Source: Mustelus asterias (taxonomy: Eukaryota). From it: 64,000 bases of DNA. Positions 1-12,825 of this stretch are shown one piece after another; the stretch's first letter is position 1, and the number at the start of each line of letters is the position of its first letter. A program made the position numbers and the translations under genes. The DNA lies in assembly GCF_964213995.1 (NCBI RefSeq), contig NC_135822.1, forward strand, positions 71,362,001-71,426,000, given 5' to 3'. The notes beneath the pieces were generated by a model. The model did not search any database. It saw only the letters and a list, made by a program, of their open reading frames with translations, and had not been told where the DNA came from.

Positions 1-358
1 CTATGCCATTCATTGTGATCATCGAATTCAATATCCTGATCCCACTTCCTCTCCAGATCCCTTTAACCCCAAGAGCTATATCTAATTTCTTCTTGAAATC
101 ACACAACATTTTGACCTCAACTACTTTCTGTGGGAGTGAATTCCACACATTCACCACCCTCTGGGTGAAGAAATTTCTCCTCACCTCAGTTCTAAAAGGT
201 TTACCCCTTATCCCCAAACTATGACCCCGAGTTCTGGACTGCCCTAACATCGGGAATATTCTTTCTGATGGTAACCTGTCTAACCCTGTTGGAATTTTAT
301 AAGTTTCTACGAGACCCCCTCTCACTCTTCTGAACTCCAATGAATACAATCTTAACCT
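1..358 (-). mobile_element. CR1/HER1-type LINE 3' fragment
   Basis: Near-identical to 34365-34735. Encodes the CR1 ORF2 end (TRGHSL, FFTQRVV). Confidence 0.85.
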
Positions 359-361
359 CTT

Positions 362-1870
362 AAGAATGGGAAAATAGATGTAGATCTGGGTTACAGGAGC
401 ACAGAGGAGGAAACAAGGCTTAGACTTGGCGCTGTTGCTTCAGAACAAAAACAGGATCATGTGCAAAGCATTTGTGAGCTGGAGGTTTGTCAGCTGAACA
501 TGGATTAAAGTTACGTCTCGTGGTTAAATTTATGAGAAAGCTGATCTATGAAATGCATCTCAGGCCTGGCCAGACTCTGATAATCTGGAAGAATAATGTT
601 CATTATAAGGGAAAAGGTATTATGGAATTTAATTAACCGTCGTTTATAAAAAGATTGTAGAAACTTGGAAATTCCTCGTTCAGTGCTTGCTTTCAGATTG
701 CTGAAATGTCAAACACGGACAGACTCCTGGGCCAGAACATTCCGGCTGTACACATTGGCAGGATCTTCCAGTCCCGCTGCCGACACATCCCCATCGCGGC
801 TTTCCCGGCAGCCAGGGGCGCATTCAACGGGAAACCCCATTGACAATGGCGGAACCAGATGATCCAGACTAGCTCGGGTAAATGCATGGGGTTATGGGGA
901 TAGGGCCTGGGTGGGATTGTGATCTGTGCAGACTCATTGGGGCTGAATGGCCTCCTTCTGCACTGTAAGGATTCTGTGATTCTACGAAAAGCAAGACTTG
1001 TGGAGTAGGGTTTCAAAGATCGAGATGTCAGAGTGCATCTTTGCCCCCGGCACAAAAACTTTTCTTGAAAAGTTTTTCTGCCACAGATTTGTGGGTCTGT
1101 AAGTCCACTGATATAAGCTGGATGTGTTTAGGGATTGAGGATATGGTTTTTCTCAGTTACCTATGCCTTGCTCAAAGTAGGCTGTACTCAGCTGAAGGCA
1201 GATCCGCCAATGCTTTCCTGGTGTCAAGAAGAGAAATTCATGGCCATTTTTATGATGCATGCCCATGATTTTCAATGGGAAGAACTTGAGCAACTTCTTA
1301 GAGACAAATTCAGAGGGGAGTTTAAGAATGGAAGTCAGGTTAAATATACAGGCTTAGACACTAATCAGAGTTGATGAGGAGTAGCCTTGAATCGACCGTT
1401 ATCTCTACTGCATGTTAATTGTCCATCAGTATATCAGGTCAGGAGGTCAAAAAGATGACCTTGCATTTGTAAAAGAACCAACAGTCAAGCAGCTTGATTG
1501 GATAGTTAACCTGGCTATGTACTCAGACAAGATCCATACCAGTTGTGATGTATTGGAGTTTTGTCCCATGCAATGCCACAATTGAAGAGGTTTTGAGGGC
1601 AAATATTATACCCTGGGATATATATACTGAGGTCTGTAGCCCTGGATGACCTGAGGGATATCACATTGGTCCTTTTTGGTTTTATCCACGTCAATCCTCT
1701 GGATGGGTACGAGTGTACAGCTGGGTTTATAATATTATTCCTGGATAAAAAGGGGAAGGGTTGTCCCTTAGCCCAGGAAGCCAAGAAAATGACATGGATA
1801 AACAAGGGGGATCCTTTATATTGTATCCCCAGATAGTTTGATCAGTCTGCACATTCTGGAAAGTCAAACT
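362..1870 (+). mobile_element. Degenerate Ty1/copia LTR-retrotransposon internal relic (gag + RT/RNase H; GalEa-like)
   Basis: Broken frames read RKQGLDLALLL and LEIPRSVLAFRLLKC (gag); KARLVE*GF, CKSTDI, RIWFFSV..LLKVGCTQLKADP, FMMHAHDF, KYTGLD, SLIG*LTWLCTQTR (copia RT); VNPLDGYECTAGFIILFLDKKGKGCPLAQEAKK (RNase H). Confidence 0.82.
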
Positions 1871-1878
1871 GCACAGAA

Positions 1879-2161
1879 GCACGGTGGCACAGTGGTTAGC
1901 ACTGCTGCCTCACAGCGCCAGGGACCTGGGTTCGATTCTCGGCTTGGGTCACTGTCTGTGTGGAGTCTGCACGTGTTTCCTCCGGGTGCTCTGGTTTCCT
2001 CCCACAGTCCGAAAGACATGTGGGTGAGGTGCATTGGCCATGCTAAATTCTCCCTCAGTGTACCTGAGCAGGCGCCGGAGTGTGGTGACCAAGGGATTTT
2101 CACAGTAACTTCATTGCGGTGTTAATGTAAGCCTACTTGTGACATAAATAAATAAACAAAC
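1879..2161 (+). mobile_element. HE1-like tRNA-derived V-SINE, tail type B
   Basis: A box tggcacagtggttagc, B box ggttcgattct, V-domain-like core, tail ending gtgacataaataaataaac. Confidence 0.85.
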
Positions 2162-2348
2162 TTAAGCTCAACTCACGACTGGAGTTCCAGTATCCAATAG
2201 CTGAGATTTCAGCATGGAATATCACTGTTCACGCCATGTTTGTGGCAAAGTTGTAACGTTTTTGAGAAGCAAAAGGAATTCACATTTTCATTTTAATGGG
2301 ATCACAAACACAGTTGATATTATCCTCCAATCTCTCTCTCACACTTAC

Positions 2349-2437
2349 CTGAGCCATTTCCAGTAAGAGGAGAACATCTCCGTCGATGTCCACACCCAGG
2401 TGTGTTGCTTCAATCAGCCCCATCACCGTGTACTGCT
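2349..2437 (-). CDS. RHOBTB2: RHOBTB2 coding exon 7 (EQYTVMGLIEATHLGVDIDGDVLLLLEMAQ); gene continues beyond the left edge
   Basis: Read manually. 89 nt, ttgcag|AG...CAG|gtaagt, phase 1 to 0. Confidence 0.95.
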
Positions 2438-3611
2438 CTGCAACAAGCCAAAACCAATCAAATCATTTCAATATTCACACTCAGCACTTCCCCGAGCTTT
2501 GCTGTGGAACCGGGACTGATCTGGCGCCTTTAACAAGGGAAACACTAAAGCACTCGAGGTCAGAGTCAGGGGAAGAAAGTGTGATGAGGTGAACAAGCAG
2601 AGATGAGGAGGGTTGAACAGAAGGCCTGGATGCAGAAGAGGGAGGCCAAGAAGTGGAGGGGGAACGCAGGGAGTACCTACAGTCAACTAACCTTTTCTGA
2701 AAATTCTCAAAGAAGAAATATCATCTTGTTGACAAGAGATGGCAGTTTGCGAAGTGTGAGTGTACCTTATTAGAATATAAAATAACAGACTGCTTTCAGC
2801 CACACTGACGTTTCACAGTGTACAAATTCCTGTTGGTGTCCAGAACAGAAAATGCTGGCAATACCCAGCAGGCAGACAGCATCGGAGGATCTAGTGAAAG
2901 ACTGTGACTGCCGTCTGTCTCCCTCACAAGCCCCTTACAGGCTTCCGAGCGTATAATTGGGACTCGAACAGCAAAGCTAGGCAGCAGTAGCTTCGACTCA
3001 AACTGCTGGCACACTCGAGAGCCTTTTGCAACTGTAGGGCATTGCTGCAAAGAGTGACGCTGATGACTATCGCTGAGTTGGGAAAGTTTCCCTTGCTTTT
3101 TGTCGGGACACCTCTTGCTGATGGAATCAGAATACTCAGGAGGAGGCCATTCAGCCCACGGTGTCTATGCTGACTCTTCAAAGCAGCCATCCATTTAATC
3201 CCACTCCCCCCTTCCTCCTGTGAAATTCTGCAAATTTATCCTTTTCTTCAAGTCTCCATTCAATTCTGGTCATTTTTAGTCTCCCATGGAAGAGTACGTC
3301 ACTGGCAGAGCCGGCATTTATTGCTCATCTCTAATTGCCCGAGGCCATTTCAGAGGGTGTTTGAGAGTCAACCACATTGCTGTGGCTCTGGAGTCACACC
3401 ACACCAGCTAAGGACGGCAGATTTCCTTCCCTAAAAGGACATGAGTGAACCAGATGTTTTTTTTTTTAAAACAACAATCGACAGTGGTTTCATGGTCATC
3501 ATTAGGCTTTTAATTCCAGAGTTTTATTGAATTTAAATTTCACCATCTGCTATAGTGGGATTTGTACCTGGGTCCGCAGAACATGACCCTGGGTCCATTG
3601 ATTACTAGTCA

Positions 3612-3925
3612 TTTATTTTGAGTGTGACAAGTAGGCTTACATTAACACCACAATGAAGTTAGTGTGTGTGAAAATCCCCTAGTTGCCACACTCCGGCGCC
3701 TGTTCGGGGACACGGAGGGAGAATTTAGCATGGCCAATCCACCTAACCAGCACGTCTTACAGACTGTGGGAGGAAACCGGAGCACCCGGAGGAAACCCAC
3801 AGACATGGGGAGAACATGCAGACTCTGCACAGACAGTGACCCAGGCCGGGAATCGAACCCAGGTCCCTGGCCCCAGGTCCCTGGCACTGTGGGGCAGCAA
3901 TGATAACAATGTGCCACCGTACCAC
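3612..3925 (-). mobile_element. HE1-like SINE, tail type B
   Basis: Reverse complement of the same consensus. Confidence 0.85.
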
Positions 3926-4679
3926 CCCGGGTACTAGTTCAGCAGCAATACCACTACACCACTGGTGTAGAGACTGGGACAAATAATAATTTGCTGCATT
4001 GAAAGAGTGTCCTGATTTCTCCCCCGGACTTTTGGCCAATGATCTTCAACAATGTCCTCTGCTAAGTGACTTCCTGGCCGGATTGAGCTTTCCTTATGGC
4101 CCACACTTTTCCTCCTGACATTAGAGCTGCCCTTCAAGGAGCACTTGTGTTGACTTTGACTTGGTGATGCTGGTTCATGGAAATAAACCCAGACAGCAGT
4201 GGAAAGCTTTCACCTGAGGCCTTGATAAGGCAGACCCCTGAGCAGGTCTGCAGACCGATCGTCCCAGACCAGACTTACATATGTTAAGGGTTATGGTTTA
4301 GCTTTTGATTTAATAATAAAACATCATTCCATTCCAGTCAGCTTCCTGAGTTATTACAGTTACTATCCTTAATTAGAGATCTTTTTAAGGATGGTTTCCA
4401 GAGATTGGTCATTCATTCTGGAGATTTTATAGATTTGTTCCAACAATGTCACAATAGAAACATGGGAACCTAGAAACTAGTAGCAGGAGTAGGCCATTCA
4501 GCCTTTTGAGCCTGCTCTGTCATTCATTATGATCATGGCTGATCATCGAATTCAATATCCTGATCCCCCCTTCCCCCCATATTCTTTGATCCCTTTAGCC
4601 CCAAGAGCTATATCCAATTTCTTCTTGAAATCACACATTTTGGCCTGAACTACTTCCTGTGGAAGCGAATTCCACACAT

Positions 4680-5022
4680 TCATAGAATCCCTACAGTGCA
4701 GAGGGAGGCCATTCGGCCCATCGAGTTTGCACCGACAACAATCCCACCAGGTCCTATTCCCGTATCTCCACATATTTACCCTGCTAATCCCCCGACACTA
4801 AGATCAATTTAGCATGGCCAATCAACCTAACCCGCACATCTTTGGAGTGTGGGAGGGAACCGGAGCATCCAGAGTAAACCCACGCAGACACGGGGAGAAC
4901 GTGCAAACTCCACACCGACAGTGACCCAAGCCGGGAATTGAACCTGGGTCCCTGGCGCTGTGAGGCAGCAGTGCTAACCACTGTGCCACCGTGCCAGCCC
5001 ACTGTGCCACCATGCTGCCACC
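4680..5022 (-). mobile_element. HE1-like SINE, tail type A (CR1-derived), adjacent to a CR1 tail at 4455-4680
   Basis: Full head with a duplicated A-box segment, tail ctgcactgtagggattctatg. Confidence 0.88.
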
Positions 5023-5520
5023 GTCTGGGTGAAGGGATTGACAGTCTGGCCTTGTTCAATTTGACTTGTGTGTCACACACTGCAACTTTGATCGCTTGGG
5101 ATGCATACGTCACGTCTTGTTTCACTCAGGTGGGGTGTTGATGCAGGATGCTTTTGCCAACAAACAGCAGTCGCACAGTGAGCCCTTCATTAGGAACACT
5201 AACACCAAATTGATCATTTCAGTACTAGTGTACACCGGGAATGTGTGACTCAGTAGGTAGTGTGCTTGCCTCTGAGTCAAAAGGTAGTGTGTTCGAGCCT
5301 CATCCCAGAGACTTGGGCACTATATCCAGGCTGACACTGCACTGCAGTACAGACACAGTGCTGCATTGTTGGTACTGACACCTTTCATATCAGATGTCAC
5401 ACTGAGCCATTTGGGTGAATGTAAATGATGAAAGCAGTCCAAGATAAAATAATCCCTTAACCAACACCTCTGAAATACATCATGGATAAAAGCAAAATAC
5501 TGCAGATGCTGGAATCTGAT

Positions 5521-5557
5521 GCTCTGACGAAGGGTCATCCAGATTCGAAACGTTGGC
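5521..5557 (+). ncRNA. Minimal type I hammerhead ribozyme motif (family B)
   Basis: GCT-CTGACGA-A-GGGTC(atcca)GATTC-GAAACGT-T-GGC, within a Penelope-type repeat (about 5488-5584, resuming near 6108 after a CR1 insertion). Confidence 0.65.
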
Positions 5558-5584
5558 TCTATTCTCTCTCCACAGATACTGTCG

Positions 5585-6104
5585 TAGAGGTTTACAGCAT
5601 GGAAACAGGCCCCTCGGCCCAACTTGTCCATGCCGCCCTTTTTTTAAAACCACAAAGCTAGTTTGGCCGCATTTGGCCCATATCCCTCTATGCCCATCTT
5701 ACCCATGTCTAAATGCTTTTTAAAAGATAAAATTGTACCCGTCTCTACTATTACCTCTGGCAACTTGTTCCAGACACTCACCACCTTCTGTGTGAAAAAA
5801 TTGCCCCTCTGGTCCTTTTTGTATCTCTCCCCTCACACCTTAAACCTATGCCCTCTAGTTTTAGACTCCCCTACCTTTGGGAAAAGGTTTTGACTATCTA
5901 GCTGATCTATGCCCCTCATTATTTTATAGACCTCTATAAGATCGCCCCTCAGCCTCCTACGCTCCAGAGAAAAAAGTCCCAGTCTATCCAGCCTCTCCTT
6001 ATAACTCAAACCAACAAGTCCTGGTCGCATCCTCGTAAATCTTTTCTGCACTCTTTCTAGTTTAATAATATCCTTTCCGTAGTCGAGTGACCAGAACTGT
6101 ACAC
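5585..6104 (-). mobile_element. CR1 LINE 3' fragment
   Basis: QKRFTRM..LSYKERLDRLGLFSLERRRLRGDLIEVYKI. Confidence 0.9.
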
Positions 6105-6487
6105 AAACCTGCTGAAATTTTCCAGCATTTTCTGTTTTTGGCTCTGCAATACATTCCCTGGCCTCTTATTCCATTATTGTTCGTGGGATCCTGCAAAGCA
6201 CAAAGTTGGCTGCTGCATTTCCTATATTACAACAGGCACCACATTTAAGCAAAATACCTGTTGCTTGCCCGTGAACTGTTTTGGGACATTGTGAAAGGTG
6301 TATTAGAAATGTGAGTTCTTTCTTCAGCGGAGCAAGCAAGGAGGCTTAAATGAAGCTGTAATCCTCCGAGCTACAAGTTATATATTTGGCATGTTATAAT
6401 ATAATTTAGAGTCCAAAGATGTGTGGGTTAGGTTGATTGGCCATGTTAAATTGCCCCTTAGTGTCAGGGAGATTAACAGGAGAAATA

Positions 6488-7490
6488 CAAAGAACAAAGA
6501 AAATTACAGCACAGGAACAGGCCTTTCAGCCCTCCAAGCCTCCAAGGGGTGGCATGGCGGCACAGTGGTTAACACTGCTGCCTCACAGTGCCAGGGACTG
6601 GGTTCGATTCCCGGCTTGGGTCACTGTCAGTGTGGAGTCTGCGCGTTCTCCCCGTGTCTGTGTGGGTTTCCTCCGGGTGCTCCGGTTTCCTCCCGCAGTC
6701 TGAAAGATGTGCAGTTTAGGTGAATTGGCCATGCTTAATTCTCCCTCAGTGTACCCGAACAGGTACCAGAGTATGGCGACTAGGGGATTTTCACAGTAAC
6801 TTCATTGCAGTGTTAATGTAAAACCTACTTTTGATTAATAAATAAACTTTACTTAAAAAAAAAGCCTGCACTGACTATGCTGCCCATCTGAACTAAAACC
6901 CCCCACCCTTCCAGGGACCATATCCCTCTATTCCCATCCTGTTCATGTATTTGTCAAGATGCCCTTTAAAACTCACTATCGTATCCGCTTCCACCACCTC
7001 CCCTGGCAGCGAGTTCCAGGCACCCACTACTCTGTGTAAAAAACGTGCCTCATACATCTCCTTTAAACCTTGCCCCTCGCACCTTAAACCTGTGCCCCCT
7101 CGTAATTGACTCTTCCACCCTGGGAAAAAGCTTCTGACTATCCACTCTGTCCATGCCCCTCATAATCTTGTAGACTTCTATCAGGTCGCCCCTCAACCTC
7201 CGTCGCTCCACTGAGAACAAACCAAGTTTCTCCAACCTCTCCTCATAGCTAATGCCAGGCAACATCCTGGTAAATCTTTTCTGTATCCTCTCCAAAGCCT
7301 GCACATTCTTCTGGTAGTGTGGCGACCAGAATTGAACACTATATTCCAAGTGCGGCCTAACTAAGGTTCTATAAAGCTGCAACATGACTTGCCAATTTTT
7401 AAACTCAATGCCCCGGCCGATGAAGGCAAGCATGCCGTATGCCTTCTTGACTACCTTCTCCACCTGCATTGCCACTTTCAGTGACCTGGG
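6488..7490 (-). mobile_element. CR1 LINE 3' fragment with a nested SINE at about 6550-6860
   Basis: ORF 7050..7475 contains LYRTLVRPHLEYSVQFWSP and RRRLRGDLIEVYK. Confidence 0.9.
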
Positions 7491-7648
7491 ATGGGGTTAT
7501 GGGGATAGGGCCTGGGTGGGATTGTGGTCGGTGCAGACTTGATGGGCTGAACGGCTACCTTCTGCACTGCAGGGATTCTATGATACTGTGAACGTTACAG
7601 TTAGCTGTCCGAACACAAGGTGAAGAATGGTGAGATCACAGCTCTTAC

Positions 7649-7799
7649 CTGTCAATGCGACCAGGTGGGGTAGACACAGACGGTTTGCCAGCACAATGAG
7701 TTCCATGGAATCCAGATCTGGGCTGGAACAGAACTGTCCTGTGTACAGGTATTCCAGCACCGCTTGCATGCAGCTCTTGTATGTGTTTGGAAAGTACAC
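7649..7799 (-). CDS. RHOBTB2: RHOBTB2 coding exon 6 ([21 protein letters not shown]...LPHLVALT)
   Basis: 151 nt, aaacag|GTG...ACAG|gtaaga, phase 0 to 1. Confidence 0.96.
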
Positions 7800-7964
7800 C
7801 TGTTTGAAAGGCATTATCAAAGGTATTATCTCTGCACCCCGTACGACAAGGATAACAGCAATTTCTCACCATGAACCGCTGATCACAAAAATCAAAAATC
7901 ATGACTCATTTCTTCCACCCTTGCATCTGGGAGAACTGGTTTGTAGTGTGGTAGATTGACAATC

Positions 7965-8400
7965 AGCTGTGCCTCAGTGAATCCACCCTGAGTCAAAAGG
8001 TTGTGCATTTAAGTTTCACATCAAAGACTGGAGTACCGAATTCAAGTTGATACTCGGGCAGAGACTGAAGTGCTTGCTTTGAAATAAGGCGTTAAACTGA
8101 GACCTTGGCCGACCTCGGCCTTATGTGGAAGATCCCACATCACTTCATCTCAAAGAGGAGGGGGAAGAGTTTTCTCTCTGGTGGCCTGGCCAATATTAAT
8201 CCCTGAATCAACAACGTGAAAATGAATGATCCTGGCCATTATCACATGGCAGTTTGCAACGGCTTGCTGGGTGAAAATTAGTTGCCGTGACTGCGACATG
8301 ACAACACTGACTACACTTGAGAAAGTGCCGCATTAGCAATGTACTGAGACTGTGAAAGATGCTTCAGAAAGACAAGTTGTGTCTTTCTTCAAAGTGTAGA
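7965..8400 (+). mobile_element. Old Deu-domain SINE (SacSINE1/AmnSINE1-like)
   Basis: ctgagtcaaaaggttg, gttaaactgagacc, cctggccaatattaatccctgaatcaac. Similar copies at about 5245-5470, 58430-58840 (-) and 44640-44820. Confidence 0.55.
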
Positions 8401-8530
8401 TCCGTGAATTAAAAATAAACCTCGGGGCTTAAATTATGTTGCACATAGCAGTGAAGAAACTGAAGCGTGAACAGACACCACAAACTGTGTAAAAAGAATG
8501 TGTTACTTTGACATACTGCGAGCATACAGA

Positions 8531-8586
8531 ACACACACACACAACACACGCACGCACACCACACACACACAACACACACACGCACA
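8531..8586. repeat. Imperfect (CA)n microsatellite
   Basis: Directly visible. Confidence 0.9.
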
Positions 8587-9409
8587 ATTATTTGTTACTC
8601 AGGAAATATATCAAACTATCGATTCCAACAAAGTCTGTGTGGAATTTGTAAGTTCTCTCCGTGTCTGCATGGGCTTCCTCTGGGTGGTTTCCTCCTCCCA
8701 CACTCCAAAGATGCGTGGGTTAGGTGGATTAGCTATGCTCAATTACCCCTTAGTGTCAAGGGGGGATCAGCAGAGTTAATACATGGGGCTACGGGGATAG
8801 GGCCTGGTTGGGATTGTGGTCAGTGCAGGCTCGATGGGCCGAAAGGCCTCCTTCTGCACTGTAGGGATTCTACGATTCCAAAGGTTACTGAGTGCACAGT
8901 CACCCTGTGAGGATCAAACAAACGGAAGCGGTAACTATAATACTCGTGACTCCTGGCACTTGTTTGCTGGGTTGGGTTGGGTAAAGTTAGACAGCGCTGA
9001 GGGAGATCATTTGGCCCATCCATACCTCTCCTGGCTCTTGGGTACAGCTGTCTACATTATCCCACTCACCTGCTTTCTGCCACAGATTGCAGGCTAACAA
9101 GCTCTGGGACCCATGCCACCACTGCTGTTCCTTTGCAATTAGTTGCAGAGGAGATAGGAGATCTGACGGAACACATCATGTTGGGTTGTTAATATTCCAG
9201 GATAGCCCTGGACTCATCAGGAATTCAAGATGAATCGCTGGGACACCTCCTGCCAGCAACACGATGAGAAAAAAATTCCAAAACACTTCTGTCCCATCAA
9301 TGCCAAAATGATGGGAGGTGGGAGAAAGGCAGGTTTGTCAATGCTGATCAAAAACCATTCCAATAAAGAGTCTAATCACTTTCTAAATGCTGAAGAAAGG
9401 CTTGTCTGA

Positions 9410-9696
9410 GTTTAAAGTTTTTTAAGTTTATTCATTTGTCACAATTACTCTTACATTAACACTACAATGAAGTTACTGTGAAAATCCCCCAGTCGCCACA
9501 CTCCGGAGCCTGTTCGGGTACACTGAGGGAGAATTTAACACGGCCAATGCACCTAACCAGCCCGTCTTTCGGACTATGGGAAGAAACCCACGTAGACACG
9601 GGGGGAATGTGCAAACTCCATACAGGCAGTTACCTAAACTGGGAATCGAACCCGGGTCCCTGGAGCTGTGAAGCAGCAGTGCTAACCACGATGCCA
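9410..9696 (-). mobile_element. HE1-like SINE, tail type B
   Basis: Consensus match. Confidence 0.82.
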
Positions 9697-10274
9697 TGAG
9701 TTTACTATGTCCACTGGCCAGTGGCAGGAGGATGCTGGGGGGGGGGGGGGGGGCGGCATTTGGAGACAGCAGGTCAGGAGATAAAACCTCTGGGAATGTA
9801 TCCAAGCAGAGTTCACAACCAACTCTTAACTTGCCCCCAGCTGTGTAATTTCAGGGTATTTTGACGAACTGCTCCGTGTCATGGCTCACCAACAATAGGC
9901 AGAGTTAGAATATGAAATCAAAACAAACTGGGTGAATTTCAGAAAAATTGGAATGCACCGATTTGTCGCTGAAATGTACATTGATGTTGCAATGGTGTTG
10001 GAATTTAGTATCAGCGTGTTCGGCGTAGCAAGGGTTAATGTGGGGCTGGAGAACAGTACCACCCATATTGTGATGTCGAGGGTCAGATGGTGGTAGACTT
10101 TGTGCAGAGAGGAGTCAGCCCAAAGACAGCAGCGAGACAGGGCTGTGCCGTGGAGATAGGTATATAGTTGCGTGTGGGATATAAACAGTTTATATTCAAT
10201 CACACAAGCCTCCAGACATCTGAGAAAGACACCAAGCAACCTCACAATAGACCTGTGATTCAAAGCTCAGGCCA

Positions 10275-10578
10275 CATGGCACAGTGGCACAGTGGTTAGC
10301 ACTGCTGCCCCACAACACCAGGGACCCGGGTTCAATTCCCGGCTTGGGACATGTCTGTGGAGTCCGCACGTTCTCACCGTGTCTGCGTGGGTTTCCTCCG
10401 GGTGCTCTGGCTTCCTTCCACAGTCTGAAAGACGTGCTGGTTAGGTGCATTGGCCATGCTAAATTCTCCCTCAGTGTACCCGAAGAGGCGCTGGAGTGTG
10501 CCGACGAGGGGGTTTTCACAGTAACTTCATTGCAGTGTTAATGTAAGCCTACTTGTGACACTAATAAATAAACTTAAA
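10275..10578 (+). mobile_element. HE1-like SINE, tail type B
   Basis: Consensus match. Confidence 0.87.
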
Positions 10579-11042
10579 ACAATTGTACTTCTTTCTCGCA
10601 AAATCCCCAACACTGCGACATGTATATCCAGCAACATGAACAGGATAGAGTGTGCATCGTGTATATGGCAGCTGCACACTGCAACTGTGTGTACTATCAA
10701 TGTGTTTCCACAGGGACAGCTGACAGTACAAGGGTAAAACACAGACAAGTGCACATCAGTGAATTCGCATCGCAGACTTCCTAATAGTCGTTCCTCTGTG
10801 ACGATCCATGTAACCACACAGTATGTGTGTGTCTGTGTTTATGCAACACAGGAGTTGACACTGGCATACCGCACTAACCAAACAGAAACTGGGAAATAGA
10901 AAGGGGTGGCTAACACATTGAACATCCTGGGACCCTCACCATGGGAAGGGTCTGGCAGAGGATGGAAAAGGAGAGCGCCTGGAAGCAGCCATCAGCTCTT
11001 TAAATGGCTGTTCCACAGAATCCAAATCTTTTCTTGCCATCA

Positions 11043-11350
11043 GGGCAGCACGGTGGCACATTGGCACTGCTACAACACAGAGCCAGGGACCCAGGTTCAA
11101 TTCCGGCCTCGGGTTACTGTCTTTGTGGAGTCTGCACGTTTTCCCCGTGTCTGCGTGGGTTTCCTCTGGCTGCTCTGGTTTCTTCCCACGCTCCAAAGAT
11201 GTCCAGGTTAGGTGGATTGGGCAGGCTAAATTGCCCCTTAGTTTCAGGGAGATTGGCAGGGTAAATACGGGGATAGGGCCTGGGTGGCATTGTTGTCGGT
11301 GCAGGTTCGATGGGCTGAATGGCCTCCTTCTGCACTGTAGAGATTCTACG
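11043..11350 (+). mobile_element. HE1-like SINE, tail type A
   Basis: Consensus match. Confidence 0.83.
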
Positions 11351-12326
11351 TCTATTTTACTTATTTATGAGTCACAAGTTGACTTACATTAACACTGCAA
11401 TGAAGTTACTGTGAAAATCCCCGACTATGAGTTTCTGTGAGAAAAGCAAAACTCCAAAATACTTGAAAAAAAAACCCTGCAGTTTTGAATAAACAAAATC
11501 ACAGCCCTTTCCCTTTCTGGGTGGCTGAGGGAGTGGTTTAATGTACTAACTCTCAGATGGAGATGTTGACTTGTATCACACACAATGTAATCCCTTTATA
11601 TTTAAACCGCAATAAAAGAGAATCACGTTGCTTCATTGTCAGTTCTATAAATAGCACAGTAACCTTCAGACAGACAGCACAGCTCTTCATAAAACATGGA
11701 AGGTCAGGAACTGAACAGCTCCATCTCCGAATGTCTTTCTCAATAGCTGCCCAAAGAGAACGGAAAACATTCCAGATCTTGCAGGCAGCATCAGCGCTGA
11801 CATCATCTGCACATTGAGCCTCTGGTGATTGAGCTGCCTCCTGTCTGATTAATAAAACAGAGCGAGATTCATCTTGCCATTTTCACTCTATCTTGGGTTC
11901 TGAAACACGCACTGAGGGCAAAGTACAGACGCAGCGAGCCCAGTGTGAAATGGAGAGAGCAAACACTGAACAGCAAGGAACCTTCAGCTCATGCTGAAAA
12001 GCACCCCCCCCCCCCCACCCCCCCCGATGTCCTCAGCCAAAGTCTCTGCAATCTGATCCCAATTTCATTTTCTAAATACGTCCCAGGCCAACATTGTCCC
12101 TCAACCAACATGAGGGAAGCAGAGTATTGTTACTGTCAGTGGGATCTTGCTGTGCACAAGCTGGCTACGTTACAACAGTGATGAGATTTGTTTCCTCACC
12201 TCTGTGGTGCTTGGAGAGATCCTGATGCAGTCCGATAATGTTTTTCACAAGTCTCTCATGCAAATCGTGACATTTGATGCATTTACACAACTCTAATTTG
12301 CAACATTTCACTGATTATGCAACATT

Positions 12327-12825
12327 TTGCTTTGGAGAGGGTACAGAAAAGATTTACCAGGATGTTGCCTGGTCTGGAGCGCATTAGCCATGAGGAGAGG
12401 TTGGAGACACTTGGTTTGTTCTCACTGGAACGGCGGAGGTTGAGGGGCGACCTGATAGAAGTCTACAAGATTATGGGAGGCATGGACAGAGTGGATAGTC
12501 AGAAGCTTTTTCCCAGGGTGGAAGAGTCAATTACTGGGGGGGGACACAGGTTTAAGGTGCGAGGGGCACGGTTTAAAGGAGATGTCCGAGGCAGATTTTT
12601 TACACAGAGGGTGGTGGGTGCCTGCAACTCGTAGAGGGTGAAGGTAGTGGAAGCGGATACGGTAGTGACTTTTAAGGGGCGTCTTGACAAATACATGAAT
12701 AGGATGAGAATAGAGGGATATGGTTCCCGGAAGGGTAGGGGGTTTTAGTTAAGGCAGGCAGCATGGTCGATGCAGGCTTGGAGAGCCGAAGGGCCTGTTC
12801 CTGTGCTGTAGTTTTCTTTGTTCTA
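12327..12825 (+). mobile_element. CR1 LINE 3' fragment
   Basis: ORF 12317..12634 is a CR1 ORF2 C-terminus, followed by the 3' UTR. Confidence 0.9.

Noticed and set aside
1879-1950. tRNA genes at the SINE heads
   Set aside because: The A and B boxes run directly into SINE body and tail in more than 20 diverged copies, so these are tRNA-derived SINE heads.
1-2340. Final RHOBTB2 exons (FHCAYQLADWCLHH onward)
   Set aside because: Not found here. This stretch is CR1, copia and SINE sequence, so the exons lie beyond the left edge.
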